Shown here: piece by piece, positions 38,035 to 53,300 of the stretch
Position numbering within the stretch: position 1 is the first letter of the stretch
Layout: the number at the start of each line of letters is the position of its first letter
From: Phascolarctobacterium sp.
GTDB lineage: Bacteria; Bacillota; Negativicutes; Acidaminococcales; Acidaminococcaceae
Direction: 5' to 3'
DNA: 64,000 nt
Assembly (NCBI GenBank): GCA_051866495.1
Contig: JBJDXD010000026.1
Span: 177-64,176, forward strand
The notes under the pieces: generated by a model
Databases searched by the model: none
Told to the model about the DNA's origin: nothing
What the model saw: the letters and a program-made list of their open reading frames with translations, nothing else
Translations under genes and position numbers: made by a program

Positions 38035-38291
38035 GTCTCCCTCCTGTTTTAATTATAAACTTGTAAAATACAAAAATCAATAAAATTAACACATGGCGTC
38101 ACTTGCAAGTTTTATCGCCAAATATAGTATAATACCTTTTCGTAGGAATTTCAACACAATTTTCTGATTTTTATCTATATTACTTCTATTCTTTTTATTA
38201 TGACTTTTTGTCTATTCTAAAGATACAATTATACTAAAAATAACTCCTACTCCCAAACGCGGTAGGAAACTTATGTTTGCTTTAGTATGAT

Positions 38292-38325
38292 AAAAAAATT
38301 CCCCTCGGAAAATCCGAGGGGGGAA
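38292..38325 (-). terminator. Intrinsic terminator after the giant tpsA
   Basis: CCCCTCGGA/TCCGAGGGG stem followed by a T7 run on the minus strand. Confidence 0.8.
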
Positions 38326-38360
38326 CAGTCGTCTGTTCTATTATACTTTACAGCATGCTT

Positions 38361-41300
38361 TTAAGCTTCTTTTTTCTTCTCTTCTTGCTCATTCTCCTGC
38401 TGAGTCTCGATGCGCAGGCCCTGATTATCCTTATGCAGCGCCACCTTATTGCTATTGGCAGAATGCAAGATTTCCGCTACAGGTCGTTCAGTGGCTTCTA
38501 GCAAATCATATCTGCCAAAAATGCCCACAGCATCACCATAATGCTCCTCGTAGCTTTGCACCGGCTTATAGTCATTGAGCTTGGCGCTCAAATCCTCGGC
38601 GGACCAGCGCTGGTTTGCACTGCGATAGCCAGTATCAATATGGAGCAAAAGGCCGTTGGAGCTTTGGTACTTGGCGTTCTCCACATAAAGGTTCATCCAG
38701 CCGCCATTGCCACCGGTGCTGCCCACAAAGCCAGCAGCTCCCTTAGTATCCTGCAGGCTTTGCCGCAGCTGACGCATGGTGTTCAAGGCACGCACCTCTT
38801 CGGGCTCGCCCTCCTTAATGGCTCGGAACTCATCTGCAGTAGCCCGCAGCTTGTAGCCGCTGGAGCCCTCGCCCAAATCATAATACAGAGCGTTGCTAGA
38901 GTCATGCTCCGGTGCCACGCCACCGCCGTAAACGCCGGTCACATAGCCCTGGTTGTAGAAATGAGCCTCGCCGCTCACATGGAGCTTGTCAATCTCCATC
39001 TTGCCGCCAATATTGACCTCCGCATTGGTCACATTCAAGGTGGTGAAGAGCACATCCCCAGCGATAGTCAGGTTCAAATCGCTTTGCATAGCTGCGCCGC
39101 TGCCATCTGCGCTCACACCGGTCACATCCACGATCAAGGTGCCCTTGTTATCGCTGCGGTCAATGGTAGGAATAGCAAAGTTATTGCCCTGAAGTAGCAA
39201 ATGCTCGTCCACCTTCAGACCTTCGCTAACCGTGATTTGGGAGCTGGCGTTTTCGGTGTAAAGCACTACATCCTTGCCATCCACCTTGCCCAAAACTACG
39301 TTGCCATTTTGGCTGCCTGCTGCCGCCATATCACCGGCCACCAGCTCCTTCACATTCACGTTGCCATAGATGGACACGGCGCTAATAGAGCCATTAAGAG
39401 CCTTGAGATGGTCGGCACTTTGCTGACTATCCACGCCCTTATAGCCATCTAGAATGATGCTGCCATTGTTGGAAACGACGGTGCCGTCATTAATTACATT
39501 GGCACCGGTGGAGCGAACTACCACATTGCCATCTGCAATTACAGCGGACACGTTGGTGCCAATGGTCAAGGTCTTGCCACTGGTCAGGTTAACATCCTTA
39601 TGGCTAACAATATTCATATTGTTATACAAATAGCCCTCATCAGCGATCAAATTCATGTCGCTGTCGCTCAGCAAAATGTTCAAACTGTCATAATAATAGG
39701 GAGTATCAGCATTAAAGTGAACCTGAATACTTTCGGTGCTTCCGCCGACAGTAATGGTTTTACCCGTTTGTCCACGATAATCATAAGTATTTTGATTATT
39801 ATACAGCTTGAAATTATCATAGTTGGTAGTATTGCCCATAGCGGAATGCAGCGTTACAGCGCCCTTATCCTCCTCGGCACTGCCCTGAGCTATGATATCG
39901 CCACGGTTGACTACATCACCAGTGCGATAGGCTTCTAGCAAGCCTGTGGTTCTAGTACCCTCGATAGTGGTAACGGGCTTCTCCGCATTCCTTTCGCTAG
40001 CATCCAAATAGAAAATTTCTGTTTTAAAGGCAGTAGCTGCATCAGGAATGACTACTTCCATGTCATTGGCCTTGACGATTTCTACCCACGCCCTATCGGT
40101 GTCCTTGTAATACTGCTTGGTAATCAAAATATTGTCGCCAGCCGCCTGAATCCTGCTAACATCAGCGGGAGCTAATTCAGCCAATTCTTTGCTATTACCT
40201 ATAGAATCTACGACCCTAATGGTGTTAGAGGCACCTGCTCCGGCTTCAAGGGTTACATTGCCATTTTTAGCAATCAAATCGCCGCCAACCAAGTTCACAA
40301 CTGTACCCTTTTCAGCCTTCAGGGTAATGTCTCCCTCCACAGAAAGCATTTCTGCCTTGTTGAACAAATCTCCCTTTGTAGCGTTGAGGGTAATATTCTT
40401 GCCTGCATAAATTACTTGGCCAAAGCTGCCCAAGCCAGTCTTGGCCTCCAAGGTTACATCACCCAAGGCAACCAGATAATCCTTGGAGTTATAAACATTG
40501 CCATTTACAGCCGAAATAGTTAGGTTATTATTGGCAATATTATAGCTAGCGGATGTGCTATCAATACTGGTATGCAGGTCAGCATCATAATATTTCATAT
40601 AAACGCCGTTATTGTCATAGGTATTGAAGTCATCAAAATTATGTACATTGCCATGCTCAGACTTCAAAAGTATGGAGCCAGTATTTTCCTTATCCACTGC
40701 ATTGGTATTGGTGGCAATGATATCACCATAGTTGGTTACGTTGAACCCAACGCCATTATTATCTTTTCCCTGCGCCAACAAGGTTACATTACCGCCGTAG
40801 GTAATAATATCGCCCTTGCCTGCAGTGAAATCATTTTGCACACCGTTGATAATATTACCCTGCATTGCTTGTAATGTTACATTGCCTGCGTAGGATTCCA
40901 AGGTTGCGCTATTCACCACATCACCACTGGTCGCCTTAAGGGTTATGTTCTTGCCAGCATAAATATTATAGGCAAAGTTGGATAAGCCCTCGGCTGCGAT
41001 TAAGGTAATATTTTCGCCGGACTCCAAATTTTTGTTGTTATACAGGGTGCCATTTTTTGCAAGGATTTCCACATTGCCGGTTGCAATGGCAATGCCACTG
41101 GTACTGCTTGAAGGTGTATAAATCCTAGATGCCTCAGAGCTACCGGTGCTTACCAAGGTATTAAAATCATCGTAGTTGGTCACATCACCATGGGCGGAGC
41201 TCATAGTAATGGTGCCGTCAATAGCCATGGCATCACCAGCATTGAAGACGGAGCCGTTTTTCAAAACAGTGCGATTCACACCATCAATTACAGCAGTATA

Positions 41301-44300
41301 TGTTCCATCGCGAGCTGGGGCAGGAGTTATACCAGCGGGTACCTTGTTAAGATTTCCTTCAGCGTCAAAGTAGTAGTAATAACCATCATTGCTTTGCGCC
41401 TGCAAGCTAACATTGCCCTTGCCGCTGAGCAAATCTGCGCCGTCCTTATTAAAGACAACCCCATCCACAGAAATGATGCTAATATTGCCACTTTCGGTTT
41501 CCATAACGCCAGTGTTCAGCACATCCTCGTTGGACTCTATGGTAATACTGCCACTCTTAGTATAGTAATTGCCATAGTTAATAATATCGCCGCCGGTGGT
41601 TACTTGTTCGCTGCTAACGGTGGTGGTCACACCCGTTGCAGTTACAGCAATGTTGCCGGCCCCATTAATGCGATAATTACCGCTATTAGTAACCAAATCT
41701 CCAGCCTTAACAATAATATCGCCGGTGCCAGTTACCACAAAATCGCCCTTATTATCAATGCTTGTAGCTGCGTTCAGGGTGATACCCTTATTAGCTGTGA
41801 TATCCGCATTGCTAGTAGCATTATCGGTGTCGGTATTCTTCAATTGGCCAACAATTATAGGATTAACTTGGTCAGGAAGATACTGCTCACTCTGCAAGGC
41901 CTCCATCAGCACGGAGCCAGCATAGGATGTAATGATATTTTTATTTTCGATATTACCATTATAGGTGCGAATCAATACATCCTTTTGAGCTAAAATGCTA
42001 CCAGTATTGAGAATATTATTTACTAAACCAGTGTCGTCATTGTCACTCAGAGTGTAAACAAAACCATTTTCCAAAACAACTTGGCCTGCGGTGGACTGGA
42101 TATTGTCATAGTTGGTTACATTTCCCTTCCAAGAGGTCAGATAAATATTTCCACCAGCCTGAATTTGACCAGTTACAGCATTCTCCGCACCATTGATAAC
42201 CTCTTCAGTAGCGTCAAGGTCAATATAGCCATTAGCTTGAATATTGCCAGTGTTAATCAAGTCATCCCTGGAATTAATAATCGCATTCTCGCCCGCAGAG
42301 ATGCTAGCACTATTATAAATACCAAAGGATGCTGAAGTTGAATCGCTCTTATGGATAGTAGTTATTTTTACAGTTCCGTTGGCAGAAATAGCGCCACTTT
42401 GTGTGCTTTGGCCTAGAGACATTCCATCAGGTATATCAACTGTATTCACAACCCTATCCGTTGCTTGGATTACCACATCTGTATCGGAGTGAATTCTGGC
42501 CGTGTTCCAAACCAAGCCTTCATCAGCGCCATGAGTTGCAGAGCCCGCCACAATGCTCACTGTATCAGTAGCAGTGATGCAATCGGCTACAGCATCGCCA
42601 ATATTATAAACATTCTTCGCTGCATAAATATCCACACCGCCATTGGTAGCAGTGATGCCGGCAAAATTATATACGTCACCAGCAAAAGCATTCAAGGCAA
42701 CGTCGGAGCCGGACAGAGCAATGCCGCTGTTAATAATATCACCATTATCGTTAATAATTGTTATTTTTTCAGTAGCCTTCAGGGAATTGCTAATCTTAAC
42801 ATCATTAGCTGTGCCATTATCATAATTGTGAATTTTAATGCTACCGTTTACAGTATCCACCCCTTGAATCGTCTGCACAGAAACCTCTAGGTCTTCAGAG
42901 CCACTATTGCCTAAAACCACATTGCCATTCTCAGAGTTCATTTCAACCTTTTGTAATTGGTTGAATTTGCTGCCCAAATCAATGCCATAATCCTGGCCAT
43001 CGGCGGTGTATTTTCCGCCCGTCATAACCTGCAAGGTATCGCTTACACTGAGCTCATAACCATTGACAGTAGCCTTGCTGTTATCATAGGTTTGGTCCAC
43101 ATAGCCAAGGGCCACCATATCCACATCGGGCGCAGTCATGCTGCCGCCCTTGAGCAGAATATTGCCATCGGCCTCCAAAACAGCCCTTGTGGTAGCTGCA
43201 ATTGTGCCGCTCTGCAGGGAAATATCCTTGCCCGCAGCCAATTCAATATTATTGCCAGTCAAAGAGCCCTGATTCATAAGTAGGTCATTGCCGGCTTTCA
43301 AGGTAAGCTTATTAGTTCCCTCCACGCCGAAAGCAACGTTGATGGTCAAATCCTTGGCGCTGCCCACAAAGGTATCCAAGGATTTAACAGTGATATCATT
43401 ATTCAGCGCCAGATTATCCGTTACATAAACGCTGGCTGTGGCGCTAGTATCGATAGCATTATAAAGATTCAGCTGGCCATCCACATAAATGCCCACATTT
43501 TGCAATTGCACAGGCTGATTGTTGCTATCCACATTATTAGAAGCAATGCTCAGGTTCAGCCAGCCTGCCGGGCCCTGGCCCACTGCAGTCTTGCCAGTTT
43601 CGCTGGCAATGCCCGTTACATAAACATTATCCTGAGCCAGCAGGGTAACATTGGTAACCTTGGGGTCAGTAGCAGAAGCGCTCTTGGCCGCAGCATTCAA
43701 AATACGCACGCCGTTGTTAGATTCACGACTAATGGTTTGGCTATCAGCCTCATAGGCAGCCTCGCCAATGCTGCCGCCGCGAGCTTCCAAGGTAATATCC
43801 CCATTGTTTTCCGCACGAATGTAGCTATCCGCATCCGCACCATTAACAACACCCATCAGGATACTCTTGTCGGAGCCCAAGAAAATGTCGCCACCGCTGG
43901 AAGCATTGCGCACAATAAGGTCACTAGCACCCTTTTGGTCCACATAAATGCCACCAGCTGCAATAGCACTCAGGCCATCCACAGCCTTGTCGGCACCAAA
44001 TAAATTGATGGTGATATGAGCATCCTTAGTACCAATGGAGCCGCCAGCTGCGGTCATAACCAAATTCTGGCCGATTATGGTGGGCACAGCTGCATTAGCT
44101 GCATTATAAATGCCGCCCAAGCTGGTCAAGGTCACTGCGCCCATATTGGTCAAAATATTATTAATATAAAGGTCCTTGTTTTGGGTAATGGCCGCTGTGC
44201 CATTGGCATCCAGCTTCTGCTCCCGTCCCTGCAGGAAAATGTCGCCGTTTAAGCTGCTCGTTCCAGAGGAAGGATTAGCCGCCGATTGCACAGTCAGCTT

Positions 44301-47300
44301 GCCGTTGACCACAGTCGTCCCTTGCTCCGTCACAAGGGTCTTGGTGGTCTGTTGGATGCCGATGGGAATGGTTTCGGTATAAACAGCATATTTGTGGGTA
44401 TCTTCGCCCACGCCATCTTCCCAATCAACCTTGGTAGAAGCATCCAGCCTGCTCAGGGCCTTTAAATCATCAAGATGTGTATAATTTTTATTCTCGTCCT
44501 TGTCTAATAAAGTGGTAAGGTCGATGCGCTTTTCCACACCGCTATTGATGCCCACGCTATCGGCCACGTTAATAGTGATATTATGACCAATTACATTGGG
44601 GTCCTTATCAGAGGTGGTGGGCAAAGAGGTGCCCTCCGGGTTGACGATGCTATCCTGAATTGCATATAGCAGGGCATAGGCATCCCAAGCCTCATAAGTA
44701 TTCTGGGTCACCTGCTGAGAGGTTGCGTTTTGGTGAGCCTTAGCAGCCAGCATAGCGCTATTTTCATCATCACCATCGCTGGCAATAATGCCCAAGCGCT
44801 TCCATCTAGCCAGCATATCATCGGCGTCACCCCGGTCGCTGGATACATAGGGCAGGGCGTCCTCCACGCTGCCATGAGCAACAGTTAAAGTCACATCACC
44901 CTCGGTAGAATAAATTCTACCAATGCGCATCTTGCCATCAACCTGCGCAAGCTTGATGTCGCCCTTGGCAGCAGCATTGACGGATGCATCCATGGTATCC
45001 AAGCCCAGGGGCTGCTGGCCCGCATAAAGCTGCAGGGCAGTGTAGCTTACATTGTTATTTGCATCCTCGCTCTTTTGTCCATAAATAGAGCCATTATTAG
45101 AAGTCAAATCAATGCGATCAGAGACAATCAAGCTACCTGCTTTTTGGGAAATATTGCCTTCAGGCCCAGTGGTAGTAATTTCTACCAAGCCTGTTACACC
45201 TGTGGTCTTAACGCCACTGGCGTTCACAGGCACGGAATTTACATTATCATGCGTAACCACGGAGCCAATATTGCCCAAAACTACGTTGCCCTTCGCTAAA
45301 TATGCACCCTTAACAGTAACATCAATGCTATTTTGGGCAATAGCATCTTGATTGCTCATGCTGTTGACAGCACTTAAATTTACAGTATCCCCTGCAATAA
45401 CGGTAATATCCGTCATATCCTTAGCAGCGGACAGATTAATATTGGCACCATAAAGAGCACCGCCGCTTTGGATTAAAGAGCCATTTTGAGAAGTGATGTT
45501 GACCGTACCCTTTTCATTACGTCCTGTTACCACATCATTAGTAATAGCCTCGTAAAGTGCCGTATTGCCCACCGTGCCCGTCAATTCAATATCCTTGAGG
45601 GAGGTAACATTGATATTGGCCCTAGCCGCAGCGGTGCCAATAAATTTAATATTAATGGGATTATCCGCCTTGATGCTGGCATCGTAGGCTTCTAGGCTGC
45701 CACTCTTCTTGGTCCAGGTTATTACATGATGCTTGTTGATGCCCCAAAGGCCGGAAGCATATTTGCGCTCGCTTTCTTTAACGATAGTACCATTATTTAA
45801 TGGCGTTTTAGTCACTTTAACATAGCTAGTATCATTATTTTCAACTCTGATGGTCTCTCCCGCAGTGCGGTCACCATTCTTTTCAAGGCCTGTTTCCTTG
45901 GGTTCAAAGGTAAGCTGTTTCTCATTTATCCAGTTTTGTAGCTGCTCAGTGGTGGTGCCATTGGACCACAGACCCCAGCCACCATCCTTGAAATCTTCTT
46001 CGTAACGTTCATAGGTGGTAACTTCTTTACCAGTAGTCCAGGTATAATGTAAGCCAGTCAACGGCTTATAACCATTTGCCAGAATATCCTCCTCCGGCCG
46101 TGTACCAGTTTGAGCAATCTTACCGTTCTCATCAATAGCTTTTTCGATAGCGCCACTGCTGGTAATTTCGGTCAGCTTTCTTTGAGCCGTATCGGTAATG
46201 CTTACCAAGCCCTGAACCTCATGGGTAATTAAATCCCCCAGCTGCAGGGTGTAATTAGTGCCATTATTAACATTAATATTGCTTACCCCATCCAAGCAAA
46301 TAATCTTCCCATTACCCGTGCTGGAAATGCGACCTGTGAGATAAACCTTACCACCGCTGGCATCCACATTTTGCACCAAAATCTTTTGGGTGGAGGGATT
46401 ATAGTACACGTTCAGCTTGTACTTATAACAACCTGTCTGGGCATCCCAATAGGCGCCACCATCAATAATTTTATACTGCTCGCCAGTGGTAACAACGCTA
46501 TCACTAATGGCCTTGCCATTATAGGCATTATTAATTTGGTTAATGCGAGCTTGGACAGCAGCATCCGAAATATTCGCATAGTAATCCCCAAAGCCACTTT
46601 GGATAACGCCATTAATATTGATATCGGAGGCATTGATAAACACACTACCGCCTGCAATATAGCTGCCGGTGGCCTTGCTGCCATCCTCGATATCAGTAAC
46701 AATTTGGGAAATAGTATGTTCGCCCACTCCCTCGCCAATAGCAGCTCTATACGCCTCATCGTATTGCTGGCGCACATCCCCACCAATGCTTACAATGCCA
46801 TCGGTATAGCCCTGGGTGATGCTGCCATTATTGGCAGTGATATTCACAGTGCTACCACTCACGGACACAGCATCCTTGGCAGTTTTGCCCTGAATCTCAA
46901 TGCTGTCGTGAGCACTGGTGATGGTTACAGAGCCCTCCTTGGAATAAATATTTCCCTGGACGAGAATATTGGCCATGGGTCTATAGCTACCAGCACGGGG
47001 CGTTCCTTCTTCATCCTTAAAGCTATAATTGATGGAGCCGCCACCATAGTTACCTTGGATATTGACCCTACCAGATTGGCCATCAGCCGCATTGACTACC
47101 GCAAAATTAGCACCGGCATTCTTCTTATTGATGGCGCTAATATTTTTATTAAATTCAGCTTTGTTGGCACCATTTACATTAGTACCATTGAAAATAAGCT
47201 TGCCACCGGGGTCGCCCACAGTTATGGAATTAACCTTGGTCAATAAATTAGTATTATTGATGATGTTAATTTCCGGGGAGCCCTGTGCTTTAATAGTGCC

Positions 47301-50300
47301 GCTGCCAGCGCTGCTCTTTAAAACATCGGTGTCCACCACAATATTACCACCGGAGCCCACTAAATCAGAGATTTCCACATAATCCACTAGCATGGAAGAC
47401 TTGGGCACAATGACATAAATTGTACCTCTCGTTTCATCTTCAACACTAATCTTATCAGCAAGGCCCAGGCTTACCATCTCATTTAAAATGCGTTCACCCT
47501 CCGCCCTGTAGCCCAAATAGGCACTCGTGCCGTCCTTTTCGTATTCGGTCATCAAATCAAGGACAGCATTATAGCGTTCATAGAGGGTGTTGGCATAGTT
47601 TTCGCTACCAAAGGTCAGTGAATTTTTAGTCAAGCCAGTGCTTGCGTTGGCATCAACAGTGATAGTGATTTGGCTTGCATCCTTAGCTCCGTACACAGAA
47701 TCGCGCATCTTCTTATCAAGAATTACGATATCACCATCAGAGCCAATAGTGATATCGATTTTATTGGCAATACCGGCAATTACCTTGCCATTGATGTTAA
47801 CATAGTTATTGGCGTCCTTACCATTAATGGTTTCGCCCTTATCAGTGGTAACAAAATTGGAATCACGACTGCTGCCATAAATCCCCACATAACGACCGCT
47901 GGAGGTGCGAGCCATTTCGCGACCAGTGGAAGCATAAAGGTTAGTATGGCGCACACTGGTGCTGGCACTGCTTGCGTCCACCGTAATTTGGTTATTTTGT
48001 TTGATGGCATTCGTTACGGAGGGCTTAAGCGTAATGGGGATAACAGAGCCCACAAAATCCGAAGCCTCGGCATCCAAGTCCAGGGTAGCAACGCTGCCAT
48101 CGGCATTCTTGCCAGCGTAGAGATTGATGTCCTGTAAGCTATATAAATCACTACCAGAAAGAAGATTGATTTTATTGTTGCGTGTGAGATTGTTCTTTAC
48201 AATAGCATCGGCACCGCCCCAGGCACCAGTAGAAAACTCAGAATAAGCATAGGTAAAGAGCTTCAAATCATCCGCTGCGGACAGAGTAATATCCTTGTAG
48301 ACCTTGGTGGTTTTTAGTTTAGAGTTCTGTACCTTGACCTCTTCATCATTGTTAATATTATTGGTTACTCTAGATTCCACGCCACCCATAGCAGAGGCAG
48401 TATAAACATAACCATTCACCTGCAGCTGCTGCTCGGTGTGAGCAATGGCCTTGAGATTGCCACCGCTATAAATATTACTATTGAGCAGATTTACATGGGC
48501 CGTAGAATTAATCGTGTTTTTGATACCGGAGGTATTGACGCCAAAGACCGCATAGCCCTGACCCTTGACCATTTGGGCATAGCCTTCTTCACGATTCATT
48601 TCCACAGTGTTTTCTGCTTCTAAAATCGTGTCGTCCCCACTATTGATGGTCGCACCGGTAACATTCACATTGGTATTAGCCGTGATGGTGGTATCCACTC
48701 TAGCGTCACCGCCGCCGGCAGCTGTTATGCTCAAAGCGTCCGCAGAAAAGTTTGCTATATCCTTGCGCAGAGCCTGGGCCTTAAAGGTGCTGGCAGCTTC
48801 AAGCTTACCAGTAAGGTTAACTGTAGTGGTAGTATCAACAGTATTTTCCACTCTAGCAGCATAGGGAGAAATGTCCATCAGGCCGGCGTTGGAGCCGTTG
48901 GCCTTAGCAAGAATATCATCGCTATTGGAAGCGAAAATATCAAAGCTAGTGGCGCTGATACCACCTGTTCCCGCGTTTACCGTCGTAATAGCCTTACTCT
49001 CAGCATGACTTTGGGCAAAATTACTGCCACTGGCTGCGCCCATACCAACAGCTACGGAGTGAATATAAGCATTAGAGGAGGTAGCATTGGTTGCACCAAT
49101 CTTTAGGTCAGCAAGGGTGATTTTATTTTCTCCCACCTGGTCTAAAATTTTAATGGCATCAACAGTAGTGGTAGCCTGCATATTATTATAGGTGCGTGCT
49201 TTATCAACACTAATAGTCACAGCGCTTACGCCCACAGCACGATTGATGGCTTCCGTAGTATATTGAGGATTGGTATCACCAGTTTTGGTGCCACCGGTTA
49301 AGGATTCTAAATCTACCTTTTGGGCTGCAAAAGCATTCCTGCTGCTTACATCAAGGGTAGCCTTACCTGTTGCTTTTGAAGTGACAAGGCTACCGCCAGC
49401 AGCCACAAGACCCCCAGAAACATCTGCTGGAATTTCATTCTTAACCACAGCGGCATTTTCTGCCATAACACCAATATCGGTATAAACTTCTTTATTATCC
49501 ACAAGTTTGGTAGCACTAAAAATATTCTCTTGAGCAACCTTGCTGTCCTTGCCCAATTCTATTTTTACTTCCGTGCTATCCTCGCCCTCTAAAACAAGGC
49601 GACCAGCTACTGCAAGACCAACATTAACTCCCAAGGCACTATTATCAATCTTGGTTTGATTAACGGCATGGATATAGAAGGGATTAATAGCAGTGCTAGC
49701 TGCCTTTACCACGTTGAGAGTAGAGCCATCTATAGAAATTTTATTAGTGCCGTGATGCTTTAAATAGGCAGTGGTATCCACATAGGACGCGCCCGTGAAG
49801 CCACCCTGGCCTGTGTAGCTCTTAATTTCACCATCGGTGATGGACGTAACCTCCAAGGACTTGCCCTGTAAATAAGCATTGTCTATATCCACAGTTAGCT
49901 TGTCTTCAACATCAGTTCTATTGGCAGGCACGCCAATATTCACAATGGCAACGCTGGCCTGTTTAATATCAATATCCGTATTAGTGGTTGCCTTGGCCCG
50001 CACCTTTAGGTCATCACTAGCCTTCAAGACGCTGTTAGAAATAGTATTTCTAATGCCGCCCTGATCGGCTCTACCGGTATTGATGGAGCTGCTGCCACGA
50101 GTAATGCTGGTATCGCCGGTCTTGGCTCTAGCAGCATTAACCTGACTATTCATGCGCGCTAAGGCACCATTAACCATGGCTTGGAATTCACTAGTATCAT
50201 AGCTCTTGGAGCCATCGTCATAGCTGTACTTGCTCTTTAAATTGGTGCCAATATTGGTATACATAACGTTGACGCCAATATTTAAGGCCCCCACACCAAC

Positions 50301-53300
50301 GCCAACCATATCCGTATCAATGGTGCGTTTTTCCAAGGCATTAACATTAATATCCTTAGCAAAGGCACTGCTATTCAACACCTCGGCGGCAGTGCCCGTA
50401 TTGATATTCACAGCACCCTTGCCCACAGCAATACTTGAGATAGAGCTACCGGATATTGAAACATTTTGATAGCGATTATAGGTATTATTGTTGGCCTCAA
50501 CAGTAAATTCAGCAAACTCCTTATCCTCACTACCGATTACAGCATTATCCACCTTGGCGCCAACCTGTGCTTCAGTATTGATATTGCCCACAGCAGTTCC
50601 CGCTGCAGCACCAATAGAAATAGCCAAAGCATTGCCGGATAATTCCGTAGCCAACTGGGTATGATTATTTGCCAAAACCTTTACATTGCCAACTTGGTTA
50701 GCAGCAGCTGCTAGCTTCACCTTGGAAAGCTCCGCATTGGTATGGCTGCTGTCTTCTAAATCAGTAACACCAATGCTAAAGGAGCCGCTAAAAATACCGC
50801 CGGATAGAGCAATGGCATTATTATAGGCTGCCACATTGGCCAAGCGATTCGCATTAACATTAAGGTTGTTCACGGTGCCATGCACTTGGGAAACAAGAGC
50901 AGTGGTATTGCTGGTAAAACGATCCACAGAAACGGAGCCCGTAGCGCTTGCACCTGCCATGGCGCTGGCGCCTGCGGCTACACCGGACTCGCTAATATAT
51001 ACGCTGGTATACCCCAAGGCATCCACATTCACATTATGTGCATTGAGCACAGTGCTTTTATCATTCTTGCCCAAGATCTGGGTCGTTGTGGTTCTATCCA
51101 CAGTATTGCGGTCACCGGCACCAGCAACGCCAACGCCTGCACCCTCGCCCGCACCCACACCAACGCTTAAAACAGCAATATGGGAGCTAATGTCTGCACG
51201 ATCATAAGCATCCACGGTTACATCCGCAGTGCTCAATTGCTCAGCAGTATCATTGATGCTAGTATTATTTACTTCCGCAGTGGTCTTGCCACTGATCTTG
51301 TTGATGACCACCGTGGCATCCACGGCCACGCCAGCCTCGCCACCGACGGCCACACCACCGGTAACGGATACATCACGCAAGAAATGCTCTGCCTCTGCAT
51401 TAACAACCAAGCCTTTTTTAGCTTCTGCAGAGGTAGCTGCTGTTTCTTTTAATTCATATTTAGGAGGGTCACTTTCCTTTTCACCAAAGGAATGCTCGCT
51501 CAGCTTAACGCCATCGCCCTCGCCCAAGGCCACGATGGAGCTATCCTTGATGATGGACTGGGTATCGCCCTCAATAGTATTGGTCACTATGGTAGCACCC
51601 AAAGCAACGCCTGCTTCAGAGGAAACGCCCACGCTCAGGCCACCGCCATAATTGCGCAGCCGCTCATAGCTATCACTCAAAGCAGCCACAGTGCCGGTAG
51701 CATAAATATCATCATTTGCAAAGGTTACAGTGGTATCGTTATCAATTTTATTGGTGGCCACATTGCCAACCAGGCCCACGCTGGCGGAACCGCCGCCCAC
51801 GGCAGCACTCAAGCCAATGGCCACATCTAAAATCTCGTTAGTAGAGTTAGCCTTGGCTATAACATCCTTAGCTTTAATAACGCTATTTTTAATTTCCGTA
51901 GTGGTATCAGCATCAGAGCGCACCTTAGAAACAGCGCCGTTGCCGGAGATTTTAATGCCGTCACCAACGCTCACAGCCAACGCATCCGCACTGCTGTTAA
52001 TGTCGCTGGTGCTGGTAGCCTCCACTGTAATTGTAGAATTATTGTTATCAGTGGTGCTGCCTTCTATATTAACTTTGTCCATGCCTGCCACGGTATTCAT
52101 ATAATCCGTGGTCACAGCAACGCTGCCCTCGGCAGAAACGCCAAATTTTCCGTCACCGGCGCGCACGGCACCGCCCAAAGCCAGCCCTAAGAAATCAGCT
52201 TCGTTGGTGGCTTTGGTTTGGATGGTGGCACCGCTCAAGGTGGTGATGTTAGCATTATTCAGCTGGGCCTTAACGGTCTGCTTATCCTTAGCGTCGGCAC
52301 CATTGCCAATATTATTATAAACAACCGCGCCGCCGATGGAGGCCATGGCATTGTCCCCTGCAGTCACAGCCACGGAGCCAGCAATGCCCTTTTCTACAGA
52401 GGTATCCTTGGCAGTTAAAGAAATAGTCTTGGCATTGGTAATGGTATTATTGATTCTTCCGGTTTCCTTGCCCTCTGAGTTCTTGACTATGTATTGGTCC
52501 ACAATGGCTTCCGTATTATTCTTGCCACTGTTTTCTGCATAAGCTCCCTCTAACGCCCCATTGCCCAAAGCAACACTAGCGCCCACGGCCACAGCCCAGG
52601 TCTTAGCCTTGTTTTCAGCGGTCTTCGCCTTATTTTCAGCTGCAAGAGCAAGATTGGTCTCAGCTCCGTTAATTCCATTCAGAGTTATGCCCTGTGCATA
52701 AGCGCCAGTGGTATTGTTCATATTATTTTCAGCCCAGGTTAGACCAGCAGCAACTCCCTTTTGACTTGTCTCCACGCTCACCTGACCGGCCACGCTCACA
52801 AGGCTGGATTCGGTTGTACCCTTGATAGCCAGATTATCAGTAGAAATAGAACTGTTTTCCACGCTGGCCTTAGTTGTGTTGGTAATGCTTTGGAAGGCAC
52901 CGGAGCCAGCCAAAGCAAGGCTCATGCCCTTACCCTTGGCATTGGCAGCTGCACCCGCAGCCACGCTCACCATGCGGGTATCGCTGGCTGCTTCCACCCG
53001 CAGGGCAGCCTCAGTCAGCTTGTTATCATTATCATAGGTGCTTCCAGCAGTGCCAATGGTGGCATTTTTCACAGCAGCAGTAAAATTATTAGTGATGGTA
53101 TTCACGCTGGCTGCCGCTGCAGCAGCACCGCTAACGCCGGTTTCTTGCCCGGCAACCACGCCCAGGCCCAGGGCCACGCCCACAATGGTATTGCCCTGAT
53201 TGGAGAGAGTAATTTTAGAGCTGTTATAGGTAGCCTTATCTGCATTGTCGTTAACAATTACACTTAAATCAGCACCCTTGGTGTTAGTGGGGTCAGCACT

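Noticed and set aside
38361-39140. CDI/polymorphic toxin C-terminus with an immunity gene
   Set aside because: There is no VENN/DUF637-type pre-toxin motif or nuclease/deaminase signature, a terminator follows directly with no small immunity ORF, and the C-terminus is conserved between paralogs rather than variable.
44826-44834. RGD tripeptide in the giant TpsA
   Set aside because: A single RGD in 6837 residues is expected by chance, and there is no supporting context.
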